Positions 37,141 through 46,161 of a stretch of DNA of 64,000 nt are shown in pieces. Both the position numbers and the translations under genes were made by a program. The notes under the pieces were generated by a model. That model was not told the DNA's origin. It searched no databases and saw only the letters and a list, made by a program, of their open reading frames with translations. The stretch covers positions 4,987-68,986 of the forward strand of contig CAWGWF010000002.1 of the NCBI GenBank assembly GCA_963826225.1, given 5' to 3'. Position 1 is the stretch's first letter. Each line of letters opens with the position of its first letter. The stretch is from an uncultured Chloroflexia bacterium. GTDB taxonomy: Bacteria > Chloroflexota > Limnocylindria > Limnocylindrales > CSP1-4.

Positions 37141-37961
37141 GGCGGGCTGGTCCGCCCGTCACGGGGGCGTCACGGGGCAAGGGCACGCTCTGTGCAACCA
37201 CCACACGGAGCCGTTCATGTCGCTCATCGGAGATCTCGGCAGCTTCATCCTCGGAACCGCGTATGCGCTGCGCGTCCCGTTCGCGATCGCGGGGATCGTC
37301 GCGCTCGTCGTCCTGGCCGCGGTCGCCCGCCGGCGAGGCTGGGTCGTCGTCGCGCGGCGCCATCCGCTGGCGTCGGCGGTCGCGATCGGCGCCGCGGCGA
37401 TCGTGGCGGTGCCGCTCGGCTGGTACCTCGTGTCACCCCTGTTCATCTCGACGGAGCTGCAGGAGGCGCCGGTCGTCGCCGCGGCGAACCCGTCCCCGTC
37501 CCCGGTCGCGCCCACGACGCCGGCGCCGACCGCATCCGCCAGCCCGCGACCCGACGCCTCTGCAACGGTGGCACCCACCGCCTCGCCGCCGCCGACGCCC
37601 GAACCCTGGACGCCGGCGCCACCGCGACGGGGCGAGTTCGTCGGGACCGACGAGTTCCACTTCGGACGGGGCACCGCCACCCTGAGCGAGGTCGCGCCGG
37701 GGGAGTGGGTCGTCCGGTTCGACGACTTTGCCGTCCGCAACGGCCCGGACCTCTTTGTCTACCTGTCGCCCGATGCCGACGGCTATGTGGACGGCGCGAT
37801 CGAGGTCGCCCGTCTCAAGGCCGACAAGGGCAGCTTCAACACGCAGGTCCCGTCCGGCACGGACGTCTCGGGCGCCAGGTCCGTGCTCATCTGGTGCAAG
37901 CAGTTCTCGCACCTGTTCGCGGTGGCCACCCTCGACCGCTGAGGGAGCGGCGCACGTGCTG
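37141..37961 (+). repeat. 820-bp direct repeat, copy B (contains DM13 gene)
   Basis: See 31311..32130. Confidence 0.9.
37217..37942 (+). CDS. DM13 domain-containing membrane protein, copy 2
   Basis: 241 aa, identical to copy 1 except for one residue (TASASP versus TASTSP). Confidence 0.8.
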   Translation: MSLIGDLGSFILGTAYALRVPFAIAGIVALVVLAAVARRRGWVVVARRHPLASAVAIGAAAIVAVPLGWYLVSPLFISTELQEAPVVAAANPSPSPVAPTTPAPTASASPRPDASATVAPTASPPPTPEPWTPAPPRRGEFVGTDEFHFGRGTATLSEVAPGEWVVRFDDFAVRNGPDLFVYLSPDADGYVDGAIEVARLKADKGSFNTQVPSGTDVSGARSVLIWCKQFSHLFAVATLDR

Positions 37962-37990
37962 TGGAGGCTCGACGCGGACGACGTGGCGCC

Positions 37991-38923
37991 ATGACGACGA
38001 CGGACACCGCCCCACGCCGGTCGGCCGGGATGGCCTCCGCGCGTGTCGTGGTCACGGCCGTCGTCGCCATGGCGCGACCCAGCCAGCTCCTGCTCGTCGC
38101 CACGGTCATGCTGCTGGGCGTCGCGTTCGCCGCGGCGCACGGCGCGTCGCCGGGCTCGGCGGCGCTGGTGGTCGGGCTGCTGGCGTTGCTCCCGGTGGCG
38201 GCCGGCATCCATCTCGCCAACGAGTACGCCGATCACGAGACCGACAGCCTGACGGCGAGGACGCTGTTCTCCGGCGGGTCCGGCGCGCTCGCCCGGACGG
38301 GGCTCCCGCGCTCGATGGCGCTGCGCGCGGCGCAGGCCGCCACGCTCGCGGGCTTCGGCGCCGCGGTCGCCGGCTGGTCGGCGGGCGTTCTCCCCGGGCC
38401 GGCGTTCGTGATCCTCGGGCTCGGTGCTGCCGGTGGATGGGCCTACTCGCTTGGGCCGTTCCCGCTCGCCTGGCATGGTCTGGGCGAGGCGGCCAACGGG
38501 ATCCTCGGCGGGATGCTCCTACCGCTCTACGGTGTGGCGGTCGCGGGCGCCAGCCTGGATGCGGCCGCAGTCGCGGTGTTCGTGCCGCTCACGCTGGTCG
38601 TGATGGCCAACCTCCTGGCGACCACATGGCCCGATCGCGTGGCCGACGCCGCGGTCGGCAAGCGCACCCTCGCGACCCGCTGGCAGCCGGCCGGCCTGCG
38701 CCGACTGTTCGCGACCCTCGCGGCGAGCGCCACGGCGCTGATCGCGGCAGGACTGCTGGCCTGGCCGGTCGTTGTCGTGCTTGCCGGGCTGTCGGCCGTG
38801 CCGTTGCTGATCGTCGGGCTCGCCTGGTACACCCGCCGCGAGTCGCCATTCCCGACGGTCGCCGCAATGGTCTGGCTCGTCGTCGCCCAACTGGGAGCGT
38901 GGGCGCTCGTCGCGCAGGGGTGA
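37991..38923 (+). CDS. UbiA-family prenyltransferase
   Basis: 8-9 TM helices. First Asp-rich motif NEYADHETD. Start taken at the ATG at 37991. Confidence 0.8.
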   Translation: MTTTDTAPRRSAGMASARVVVTAVVAMARPSQLLLVATVMLLGVAFAAAHGASPGSAALVVGLLALLPVAAGIHLANEYADHETDSLTARTLFSGGSGALARTGLPRSMALRAAQAATLAGFGAAVAGWSAGVLPGPAFVILGLGAAGGWAYSLGPFPLAWHGLGEAANGILGGMLLPLYGVAVAGASLDAAAVAVFVPLTLVVMANLLATTWPDRVADAAVGKRTLATRWQPAGLRRLFATLAASATALIAAGLLAWPVVVVLAGLSAVPLLIVGLAWYTRRESPFPTVAAMVWLVVAQLGAWALVAQG

Positions 38924-39244
38924 GGCTGGCGGATGGATGAGACAGCCTGGGCCGCGGATCCGGCGTCCTCGTCACCGAGCGGACGCGCGCACGTGCGCTT
39001 GCACCTCCACGGGCAGGGAGCGTTCTCCTGGAGGCGATCGACGCCCCGTTGTGATCGCCGCGGACTGCGTGGGATGCGGTTCGTCGCTCCCGTCGCAACG
39101 TTTCGGCAGGCTGCGCCCAAGTGGCGCAGACTCCTCCCTCGACGCCGGGCGGATCTCCGCCGATGGATCGCCTGGCACGGTGGTGCGGCGGCACGGACAT
39201 GTTCGGCGGCTGGGAGGGCGGCGTTGAACCAGAAGCATCCGGAG

Positions 39245-40942
39245 ATGGTGGCCCTCAACGCCGACGTGGTGGGCTACAGCGGACTCATCGCCGACGATCT
39301 CGAGGCGACGACGGCGACGATGGAGGACTACCGGGAGCTCGTCGAACGAAGGGTTCGAGAGAACCGCGGAACCCTCGTCAACTTCGTCGGTGACAACTTC
39401 ATGGCCGTCTTCGACGACGCCATGGACGCGATGCGGACCGCCATCGCGATCACCACCGAGATCGAGACCCGCCATCCCGGGCACGCCGCGTCGCGGCGAG
39501 CGCGATTCCGGATGGGCATGGACCAGGGCGTCGTCGCCGTGTCAGGCGACGAGTACTTCGGTGACGCGCTCAACATCGCCGCCCGCATCCAGGCCCTCGC
39601 GCAGGCCGGGGGGATCAGCGTCTCCGGGCGGGTCTATCGCGCCCTGGACGAGCCTGCCCTGCGCTTTCGGCCCATCGGCCGGCAACGCCTGAAGAACATC
39701 CCCGAGGAGATCGAGGTATACGAGTTCTCGGATCTCCCCGTGGAGGCCTCCGCCTCGCCCGTCCGACGCTCACTGTCGCTCGAGGCACCCATCGTCGCGG
39801 TGCTCCCGATCCATGCGGAGATGGAGGACGCCTCCGTTCGCGCCACGGCGGACGTCCTGCGGGTGGACCTGATCCACCGCCTCGCCAGGATCCCGCAGCT
39901 GAAGGTGATCGACGCCAGGGCCGAGCCGTCCGGCACCGTCACTCGCGACACGGCTCGCTACATGCTCGAGACCGGCGTCCACCAGGCGGGCGACACCGTC
40001 CGGATCTACGCCGAGGTCATGGACGTGACCTCCATCAACATCGTCAAGTCCTTCAAGTGGACCGCGAAGGCAGCCGACCTGTTCCTGATGTCGGATGCGA
40101 TCGCCGATGAGATCGGGCGCGCGCTCGAGGTCGATCTCGTGGTCGGCGAGCCGGCCGGCCTCTACGCCGACCTTGACGACCCCGAGGCGATCGAACAGGT
40201 CTACCTCGGCTGGTACCAGATCACCTCCGCGACGCCCGAGGGATGGGCGCGCTCGCTGGAGCACTTCGGCAGGGTGGCGCGCGCCCATCCGGACAAGCCC
40301 TATGGACACGTGCTGTCCGCGTTCGCGAACTGGATGGGCGCCAGCAACGGCTGGACTCGGGATCCCGAGGCGGCGTTGCGCGTCGCCCGGGAGCAGGTGC
40401 AGGCCGGCCTCGCGGCGGGCGATCAGACCGGCATGGCCCAGACGGTCGGGGCGGCGATCCTGATGTCCGAACGGCGCGGACAGGAGGCCCTCGACGCGAT
40501 CGAGAGCGCAGAGATCCTCAGGCCCACCTGCGATGCCACCTACGGCGTGGCCGGGAGCGTCCGCCGCTACCTCGGCCAATTCGATCAGGCGATCGACCTG
40601 ACGACGACGGCGATGCGGCTGACACCCGTCAACAAGCCCTGGTATCCCACCGTGCAGGCCTGCTCCCTGTTCCTGGGCGGGCGGGTCGAGCAGGCCGCGA
40701 CCGTGGCGGAGATGGTCCTCGAGCACCAGCCGCAGAACCTGGAGGCGCTCCTCGTGCTGGCGGCCGCCCAGGTCGAGCTCGGCCTTGACCGGCGCGCCCG
40801 GGCGACGGCCGAGCTGATCCGCGAGCGATACCCGACCGTGGACGTCGACAGGTGGCTGGCGGACAACCCCTACCAGGCCCAGGACCTTGTGGACCGGTGG
40901 CGTGACGACCTCGTCACCGCCGGGGTGATCGCCCCGGCCTGA
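39245..40942 (+). CDS. class III adenylate/guanylate cyclase fused to a TolB-N-like segment and TPR-like C-terminal domain
   Basis: VALNADVVGYSGL, FVGDNFMAVF, GDALNIAARIQ and EIEVYEF, then a long helical-repeat region. The start is the ATG at 39245 or the TTG at 39224. Confidence 0.85.
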   Translation: MVALNADVVGYSGLIADDLEATTATMEDYRELVERRVRENRGTLVNFVGDNFMAVFDDAMDAMRTAIAITTEIETRHPGHAASRRARFRMGMDQGVVAVSGDEYFGDALNIAARIQALAQAGGISVSGRVYRALDEPALRFRPIGRQRLKNIPEEIEVYEFSDLPVEASASPVRRSLSLEAPIVAVLPIHAEMEDASVRATADVLRVDLIHRLARIPQLKVIDARAEPSGTVTRDTARYMLETGVHQAGDTVRIYAEVMDVTSINIVKSFKWTAKAADLFLMSDAIADEIGRALEVDLVVGEPAGLYADLDDPEAIEQVYLGWYQITSATPEGWARSLEHFGRVARAHPDKPYGHVLSAFANWMGASNGWTRDPEAALRVAREQVQAGLAAGDQTGMAQTVGAAILMSERRGQEALDAIESAEILRPTCDATYGVAGSVRRYLGQFDQAIDLTTTAMRLTPVNKPWYPTVQACSLFLGGRVEQAATVAEMVLEHQPQNLEALLVLAAAQVELGLDRRARATAELIRERYPTVDVDRWLADNPYQAQDLVDRWRDDLVTAGVIAPA

Positions 40943-41013
40943 CCCAGGGGGCGCACGGCACGGCTGGTCCCCCGGCAACGCCCGACACGTTCGGGTTGAC
41001 CCGCCCGCCACGA

Positions 41014-42072
41014 TCACACGTGTCCGGCGCCTGCGGGCGGCGGTGCGTCACCGGCGAAGCGACCGAAGATCGGAGCGTACTTGCGCCGGTATGCCGCCGG
41101 CGTCAGCCCGGTGACGCGCTTGAACAGCCGTCGGAAGAACGTCGGGTCCGCGTAGCCGACCGCGAAGCCGATGTCGTCGACCGCTTCGTCACCGGTCTCG
41201 AGGCGCTCGCGGGCGACTTCGATCCGGAGGGCGTGGACGTAGTCGATCGGCCGGCGCCCCGTCGCGGCCCGGAAGCGCCGCGCGAATGTCCGGGACGTGA
41301 GCCCCGAGCGCTGCGTCATCGCGGCGACGGGATTGGGTGTCGCGTAGTCCGTCTCGAGCCAGGCAGCGCTGTCGGCGACGATGCGATCCTCCAGATGCGG
41401 CCGGCGGGTCATCGCCGAGAACGGCAGCTGACCGTCCTGGTGGCCGGCGAGGAGGTAGATCCGGGCCGTCCTCGTGGCGTGCACCGGGCCGCAGAGGCGC
41501 CCGATCAGGTAGAGGGCGAGCTCCTGCCAGGATGTCGCGCCACCCGCCGTCACGACGCCCGTCGCCTCGCTCGAGAGGTCGAGGATCGAGCCCGCCTTGA
41601 AGCGCACGCGGGGGTAGGACGAGGCGAACAGATCGACGTAGGCCCAGTGGCCGGCACAGGACCGCCCATCGAGCAGCCCGGACTCGGCGAGCAGCAGCGA
41701 CCCGGCGCACACGCTCGCGATCACGGCGCCACCCTGGTGCATCGAGCGCAGCCAGGCCGACTCCGCGACATACCGGCCGTGTGGCGGCGCGTCGATCGGC
41801 GTGAACATGTCACACACCACGACAGCGTCGGCGTCATGGACGTCGGCGATGGCCGCGTGCGGCTCGATCCGGACGCCGCCGTAGCAGCGGAATGGCTCGG
41901 CCGTCGCGGCGACGATCCGGACATCGAGGAGCGGGTCCCCGGACGTGGCGGAGGTCATGTCCGGCCAGGCGGTCCCGACGGAGCCCAGGACGTCGTACAA
42001 CCCGTAGAGCACCGCCGCGGACGTCTCCGGCGCGGCGAACAGGACGATTCGAGGACGCCGATCCGATGTCAT
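41014..42072 (-). CDS. GlxA-family transcriptional regulator (DJ-1/PfpI domain + AraC HTH)
   Basis: Nucleophile elbow SVCAGSLLLAESG. C-terminal AraC HTH (IGFAVGYADPTFFRRLFKRVTGLTPAAYRRKY). Start taken at the ATG at 42072. Confidence 0.9.
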   Translation of the reverse strand: MTSDRRPRIVLFAAPETSAAVLYGLYDVLGSVGTAWPDMTSATSGDPLLDVRIVAATAEPFRCYGGVRIEPHAAIADVHDADAVVVCDMFTPIDAPPHGRYVAESAWLRSMHQGGAVIASVCAGSLLLAESGLLDGRSCAGHWAYVDLFASSYPRVRFKAGSILDLSSEATGVVTAGGATSWQELALYLIGRLCGPVHATRTARIYLLAGHQDGQLPFSAMTRRPHLEDRIVADSAAWLETDYATPNPVAAMTQRSGLTSRTFARRFRAATGRRPIDYVHALRIEVARERLETGDEAVDDIGFAVGYADPTFFRRLFKRVTGLTPAAYRRKYAPIFGRFAGDAPPPAGAGHV

Positions 42073-42164
42073 TTTTGCCCCGCTTCGGTGGATTCTCGCT
42101 CTTCCAGCATGACACGGGGCGACGGATACTGCGAGACGCGACCCCAATCCCTCGGGAGTGAACC

Positions 42165-43553
42165 ATGAACGACACCCATGCGGATTCGGCCATCGCCGCG
42201 CTGCGCGCTCGCGTCGCCGGCCGCGTCCTGACGGCCGACCACCCTGACTTCGACGAGGCCCGCCGGGTCTGGAACGGGATGATCGACCGGCGGCCGCTCG
42301 TCATCGTCCAGGCCGCCTCGACGGACGACATCGCCCCGACGATCGACCTCGCCCGCACCACGGGCCTCCGGCTGGCCATCCGGGGCGGGGGTCACAACGT
42401 GGCCGGGAACGGCACCGTGGACGGCGGTGTGATCCTCGACCTGGGCGGGCTCGATGGGGTCGATGTTGACGCCCGGTCCCGCCTGGTCCGCACCGGTCCC
42501 GGGGCGAAGCTCGGGGACATCGACCGGGCGACCGAGCCGCACGGACTCGCGGTCCCGGTCGGCGTCGTCTCGGGAACCGGCGTCGCGGGCCTCACCCTCG
42601 GGGGCGGCGTCGGCTGGCTCGTCCGGCGTCACGGCCTGACGATCGACAACCTCGTCTCGGCCGAGGTCGTCCTGGCGACCGGAGCGCGGGTCACGGCCAG
42701 CGAGACCGAGCACCCGGACCTGTTCTGGGGGCTGCGCGGCGGAGGCGGCAACTTCGGCGTCGTGAGCTCGTTCACCTTCCGGGCCCATCTGCTGGACCAG
42801 GACGTGTTCGCGGGCACGCTCGTCTACGAGCGCTCGCGGTGGCGGGAGGCGCTGGCGTCGTTCGCGACCCTCGCCCCGGAGCTGCCCGACGACCTCACCG
42901 TGCTGATGACGGTGCTGGTGCCGCCGGCCGATTGGGAGCTCGGGGACCGCGTCCTCCTCTTGATGGGCTTTGCCTGGGCCGGCACCGACCGGGCGGCCGG
43001 CGAGGCCGTCGTCCGTCGCATCCAGGACGCCTGTGCCCCGGACGTCGCCGTGCTGGACCCGACCCGATGGCTGACCTTCCAGTCCGCCTTCGACGCCGCC
43101 CTGCCCAAGGGCTCACGAGCGTACTGGCGCAATGCCTCGTTCGATCGCCTCGACGGCCCGGTGATCGATCGGCTCGTCGAATGGTGCGGTGCCCAGACGT
43201 ACGGGACCGCCGTCGACCTCCATCACATGGGCGGTGCCTTCGGCCGGGTGCCGGAGGACGCCACGGCGTACCCGAGCCGGGCCGCCGAGTACCTGCTGAA
43301 CATCTACGGCTTCTGGACCGATCCCGCCGAGGACGCGGAGCGGATCGCCTGGGTGAAGGGCTTCTCGACCGCGATGGATCCCTACGCGATGGTCGGCCAG
43401 TACGTGAACTTCCTGGGGCACGACGAGACCGACGCCCGGTCCAAGGCCCTCGCCGCCTACGGCCCGGCGAAGTACGAGCGGCTCGTCGCGGTCAAGCGGA
43501 AGTACGACCCGGAGAACCTGTTCCGGATCAACCACAACATCCCGCCGAGCTGA
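42165..43553 (+). CDS. FAD-binding oxidoreductase, berberine-bridge-enzyme-like (paralog of 4215..5594)
   Basis: RGGGHNVAGNG, GLTLGGGVGWLVRRHG and DLFWGLRGGGGNFGVVS, with the C-terminal KRKYDPENLFRINHNI. Confidence 0.9.
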   Translation: MNDTHADSAIAALRARVAGRVLTADHPDFDEARRVWNGMIDRRPLVIVQAASTDDIAPTIDLARTTGLRLAIRGGGHNVAGNGTVDGGVILDLGGLDGVDVDARSRLVRTGPGAKLGDIDRATEPHGLAVPVGVVSGTGVAGLTLGGGVGWLVRRHGLTIDNLVSAEVVLATGARVTASETEHPDLFWGLRGGGGNFGVVSSFTFRAHLLDQDVFAGTLVYERSRWREALASFATLAPELPDDLTVLMTVLVPPADWELGDRVLLLMGFAWAGTDRAAGEAVVRRIQDACAPDVAVLDPTRWLTFQSAFDAALPKGSRAYWRNASFDRLDGPVIDRLVEWCGAQTYGTAVDLHHMGGAFGRVPEDATAYPSRAAEYLLNIYGFWTDPAEDAERIAWVKGFSTAMDPYAMVGQYVNFLGHDETDARSKALAAYGPAKYERLVAVKRKYDPENLFRINHNIPPS

Positions 43554-43699
43554 GGCGACCACCGACCGATGACGACCACCCTGCCGACCAAGGAGCTGCC
43601 CGTCCTTCCCGTCGCAACACGGAGGCACGTTGCGCAACGGGGGCGCAGACTCACCCCCCACCTCGGGCGGACCTTGCCGCCGGTGGGTCGGAGGACAGC

Positions 43700-44239
43700 T
43701 TGGCAGCCCGGTACCACTTCCTGAGCGACTTCACCCTGACCAGCCCTCCCGACGCCGCCTGGACCGTGCTCCTCGCCGCCGAGGCATGGCCCTCATGGTG
43801 GCGATGGCTGAAGCGCATCGACACCGTCCGCGAGGCCACGTCGGGGAATGGCGTCGGGGCGATCTTCCGCAACCACATCGGCTCCCCGGCGGGCTACAGC
43901 TTCACCTTCGAGAGCGAGATTGCGGCGGCGGAGCCCCTCCTCCGGATCGACATGATCCTGACCGGCGAGATCGACGGTCGGATCAGGTACCTCCTGTCAG
44001 GCACCCCATCCGGCGGGACGAACATCACCTACGCGCAGCTCGTCGAGACCCCGAAGTGGTGGATGAACCTGCTCGCGCCGATCGCCCGGCCCGGGTTCAC
44101 CTGGAACCACGACAAGTTGATGACCGACTTCGGGCGGGGCCTTGCGAAAGCCTCGGGCGGCGAGCTCACGAGCGTCCGCAACTGGACCGTGAAGCCCGGC
44201 GCCCCCGGCTTCTACGAGATGCCCCCACTCGAGGCCTGA
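43700..44239 (+). CDS. SRPBCC family protein
   Basis: ARYHFLSDFTLTSPPDAAWTVLLAAEAWPSWWRWLKRID... The only plausible start is the TTG at 43700 after GGAGGA. The upstream part of ORF 42839..44239 is out-of-frame overlap with the oxidase. Confidence 0.65.
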   Translation: MAARYHFLSDFTLTSPPDAAWTVLLAAEAWPSWWRWLKRIDTVREATSGNGVGAIFRNHIGSPAGYSFTFESEIAAAEPLLRIDMILTGEIDGRIRYLLSGTPSGGTNITYAQLVETPKWWMNLLAPIARPGFTWNHDKLMTDFGRGLAKASGGELTSVRNWTVKPGAPGFYEMPPLEA

Positions 44240-44255
44240 CCGCGGAGCCCTGCTG

Positions 44256-45464
44256 ATGCTCGCCCGGCCCGAACCGGCCTGTCTCGTCATCGCCGACATC
44301 GCGGGGTACAGCGACTACCTCGCCGGCGTGGAGCTCGACCACGCCCAGGACATCCTCGCCGACCTGATCGACACGGTCGTCGGCGCGCTGCGCCCGTCCT
44401 TCAAGCTGGCGAAGCTCGAGGGCGACGCCGCATTCATGTGGGTGCCCACGGAGACGGTCGACGGCCCCGGCCTCCAGGACGTCATCGGGGGCTGCTACTT
44501 CGCGTTCCAGCGCCGGATCCGGGACATCCGCCAGGCATCGACCTGCGAGTGCAACGCCTGTGTGCGGATGCCCGGGCTCGACCTCAAGTTCGTTGCCCAT
44601 CACGGCGCCGTCGCCCGGCAGCGGATGGCCGGCCGAGAGGAGCTCGTGGGGACGGATATCGTCGTCGTCCACCGCCTGCTCAAGAACCGCATCGGCGAGG
44701 ACCTCGGCGTGCCGGCCTATGCCCTGTACACCGACGCACTCGTGGGCGCCATGGGGCTCGAGGATCCCGCGGCCGCCGGGATGCACCCGCACCGCGAGAC
44801 CTTCGAGTCCGTGGGCGAGGTGGCGGGCTGGGTCACCGATCTCGGGGCCGCCTGGGAGGCGGAACAGCGGCGCGTGCGGACGAAGGTGACCGACGATGAT
44901 GCGCTCGCGGTGATCACGATCCCGGCGGCCGTCCCGCGCGAAATCCTGTGGGAGTGGACGACATCGCCGGCGCGGCGGATCCGCTGGACGTCGGGCATGA
45001 CGCGGGTCACCGAGGATCTTGCGAACGGTAGGCGGGGGATCGGCACCGTCAACCACTGCGCGCATGGCAGGAACGTGTCCATCGAAGAGGTCATCGACTG
45101 GGTCCCGCCCGAGTACGAGACGAAGCGGGTCAACACCGGGTTCAGGGGCGTCCCGCGACTCGTGATCACGACGGAGCTCATCGCGCGCGGCCCCGGTCAG
45201 ACCGACCTTGTCTATCGCGTCGCCCGGCCACGCTCGCTCAAGGACCGGCTCATCCTGCAGGTGATGGAGCGGCAGTTCCGGACCGCCGTGGTGCGCGACG
45301 GCGCAACGCTCATCGAGCTCGCCGCGGCCGACGCCGCGGAGCGTGCCGCCGGCCGTGAGACGGAGCCGGACGTCCCGGCGAGCACCGCCCGCCACCAGTC
45401 GGCGCCCGTGGCGGCCACCGGGGGACCCATCGCCTACCTGCCCGATGATGGGGGCGCCGGGTAG
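44256..45464 (+). CDS. DUF2652 (nucleotidyl-cyclase-like fold) protein fused to a C-terminal SRPBCC domain
   Basis: CLVIADIAGYSDYL and KLEGDAAFMW mimic cyclase catalytic-core strands. Cys cluster CECNAC. The C-terminal half (REILWEWTTSPARRIRW...) is START/SRPBCC-like. Confidence 0.8.
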   Translation: MLARPEPACLVIADIAGYSDYLAGVELDHAQDILADLIDTVVGALRPSFKLAKLEGDAAFMWVPTETVDGPGLQDVIGGCYFAFQRRIRDIRQASTCECNACVRMPGLDLKFVAHHGAVARQRMAGREELVGTDIVVVHRLLKNRIGEDLGVPAYALYTDALVGAMGLEDPAAAGMHPHRETFESVGEVAGWVTDLGAAWEAEQRRVRTKVTDDDALAVITIPAAVPREILWEWTTSPARRIRWTSGMTRVTEDLANGRRGIGTVNHCAHGRNVSIEEVIDWVPPEYETKRVNTGFRGVPRLVITTELIARGPGQTDLVYRVARPRSLKDRLILQVMERQFRTAVVRDGATLIELAAADAAERAAGRETEPDVPASTARHQSAPVAATGGPIAYLPDDGGAG

Positions 45465-45563
45465 CGAGCCGCGGCTGTCATCGCGCCGCCAGTCCCCCCG
45501 CCCGTTGCGGCTGGCTGTCGTCCAGGCGCGTCGAGCGCCCTCCGGGCGCGCCGGTACCGTGCC

Positions 45564-46105
45564 TCAGGCGCCGGCCTCGACGTCGCGGACAGCGCGCGTC
45601 GTCCGCCCGCGGCGAGGGTCCGACGCGCGCTCGAGGCTGCGGGCATGGACCCGGATGTGGTCGCGCACCACCTCCAGGTGCTCGCTGGGGGTGTACTGGC
45701 GTGAACCGGCCCGGTATGGGATCAGGCCGAGCGTGGGTGACAGGATCGCGGCGCGGATCGCCGCCTGAGCGGCTCGGAGGCGCTCGACGATCGTGTCCAA
45801 CGGCACGGTTCTCGCCTCTGCCACGCTTCGCTCGTTGAGGTCCGAGAGGCGGCCTCGAAGGGGCGTCGGCCGGCGTCCATGGACCAGGTCGCCCACGTTG
45901 CGGGCGAAGCTCTCGTGCCAGAACGTGACGTGGCCGACGACGTCGCGAACCGCCCACGAGCCATCGACGAGCACCTCGTCGGAGACGCTGGCGGCGCGGC
46001 CAGGAGCCGCTCGACGGCCGAGTCGAGCTCGATGAGCAGGTCGGCGCGCACGGTCAGCTCCGAACGATCCGCGACCTCCGGGCCGGGGCCGTCCTCGTGC
46101 GCCAT
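45564..46105 (-). pseudogene. DinB-like protein, second copy, 1-nt deletion frameshift
   Basis: ORF 45722..46105 carries the N-terminus, and the tail of ORF 45564..46694 carries the rest. Relative to copy 1, ggaggcgctcgccgccgcggcc reads ggagacgctggcggcgcggcc, which is one base shorter. Confidence 0.7.
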
Positions 46106-46161
46106 GGGGGGATCTTCGCCGATCGAGCGACTCGGTCACGGGGCGCCCGTACCATGCCGTC

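Noticed and set aside
37012-38940. 642-aa plus-strand ORF
   Set aside because: It is an alternative frame across DM13 copy 2 and the UbiA gene. It is Arg-rich, whereas the chosen frames give TM helices and family motifs.
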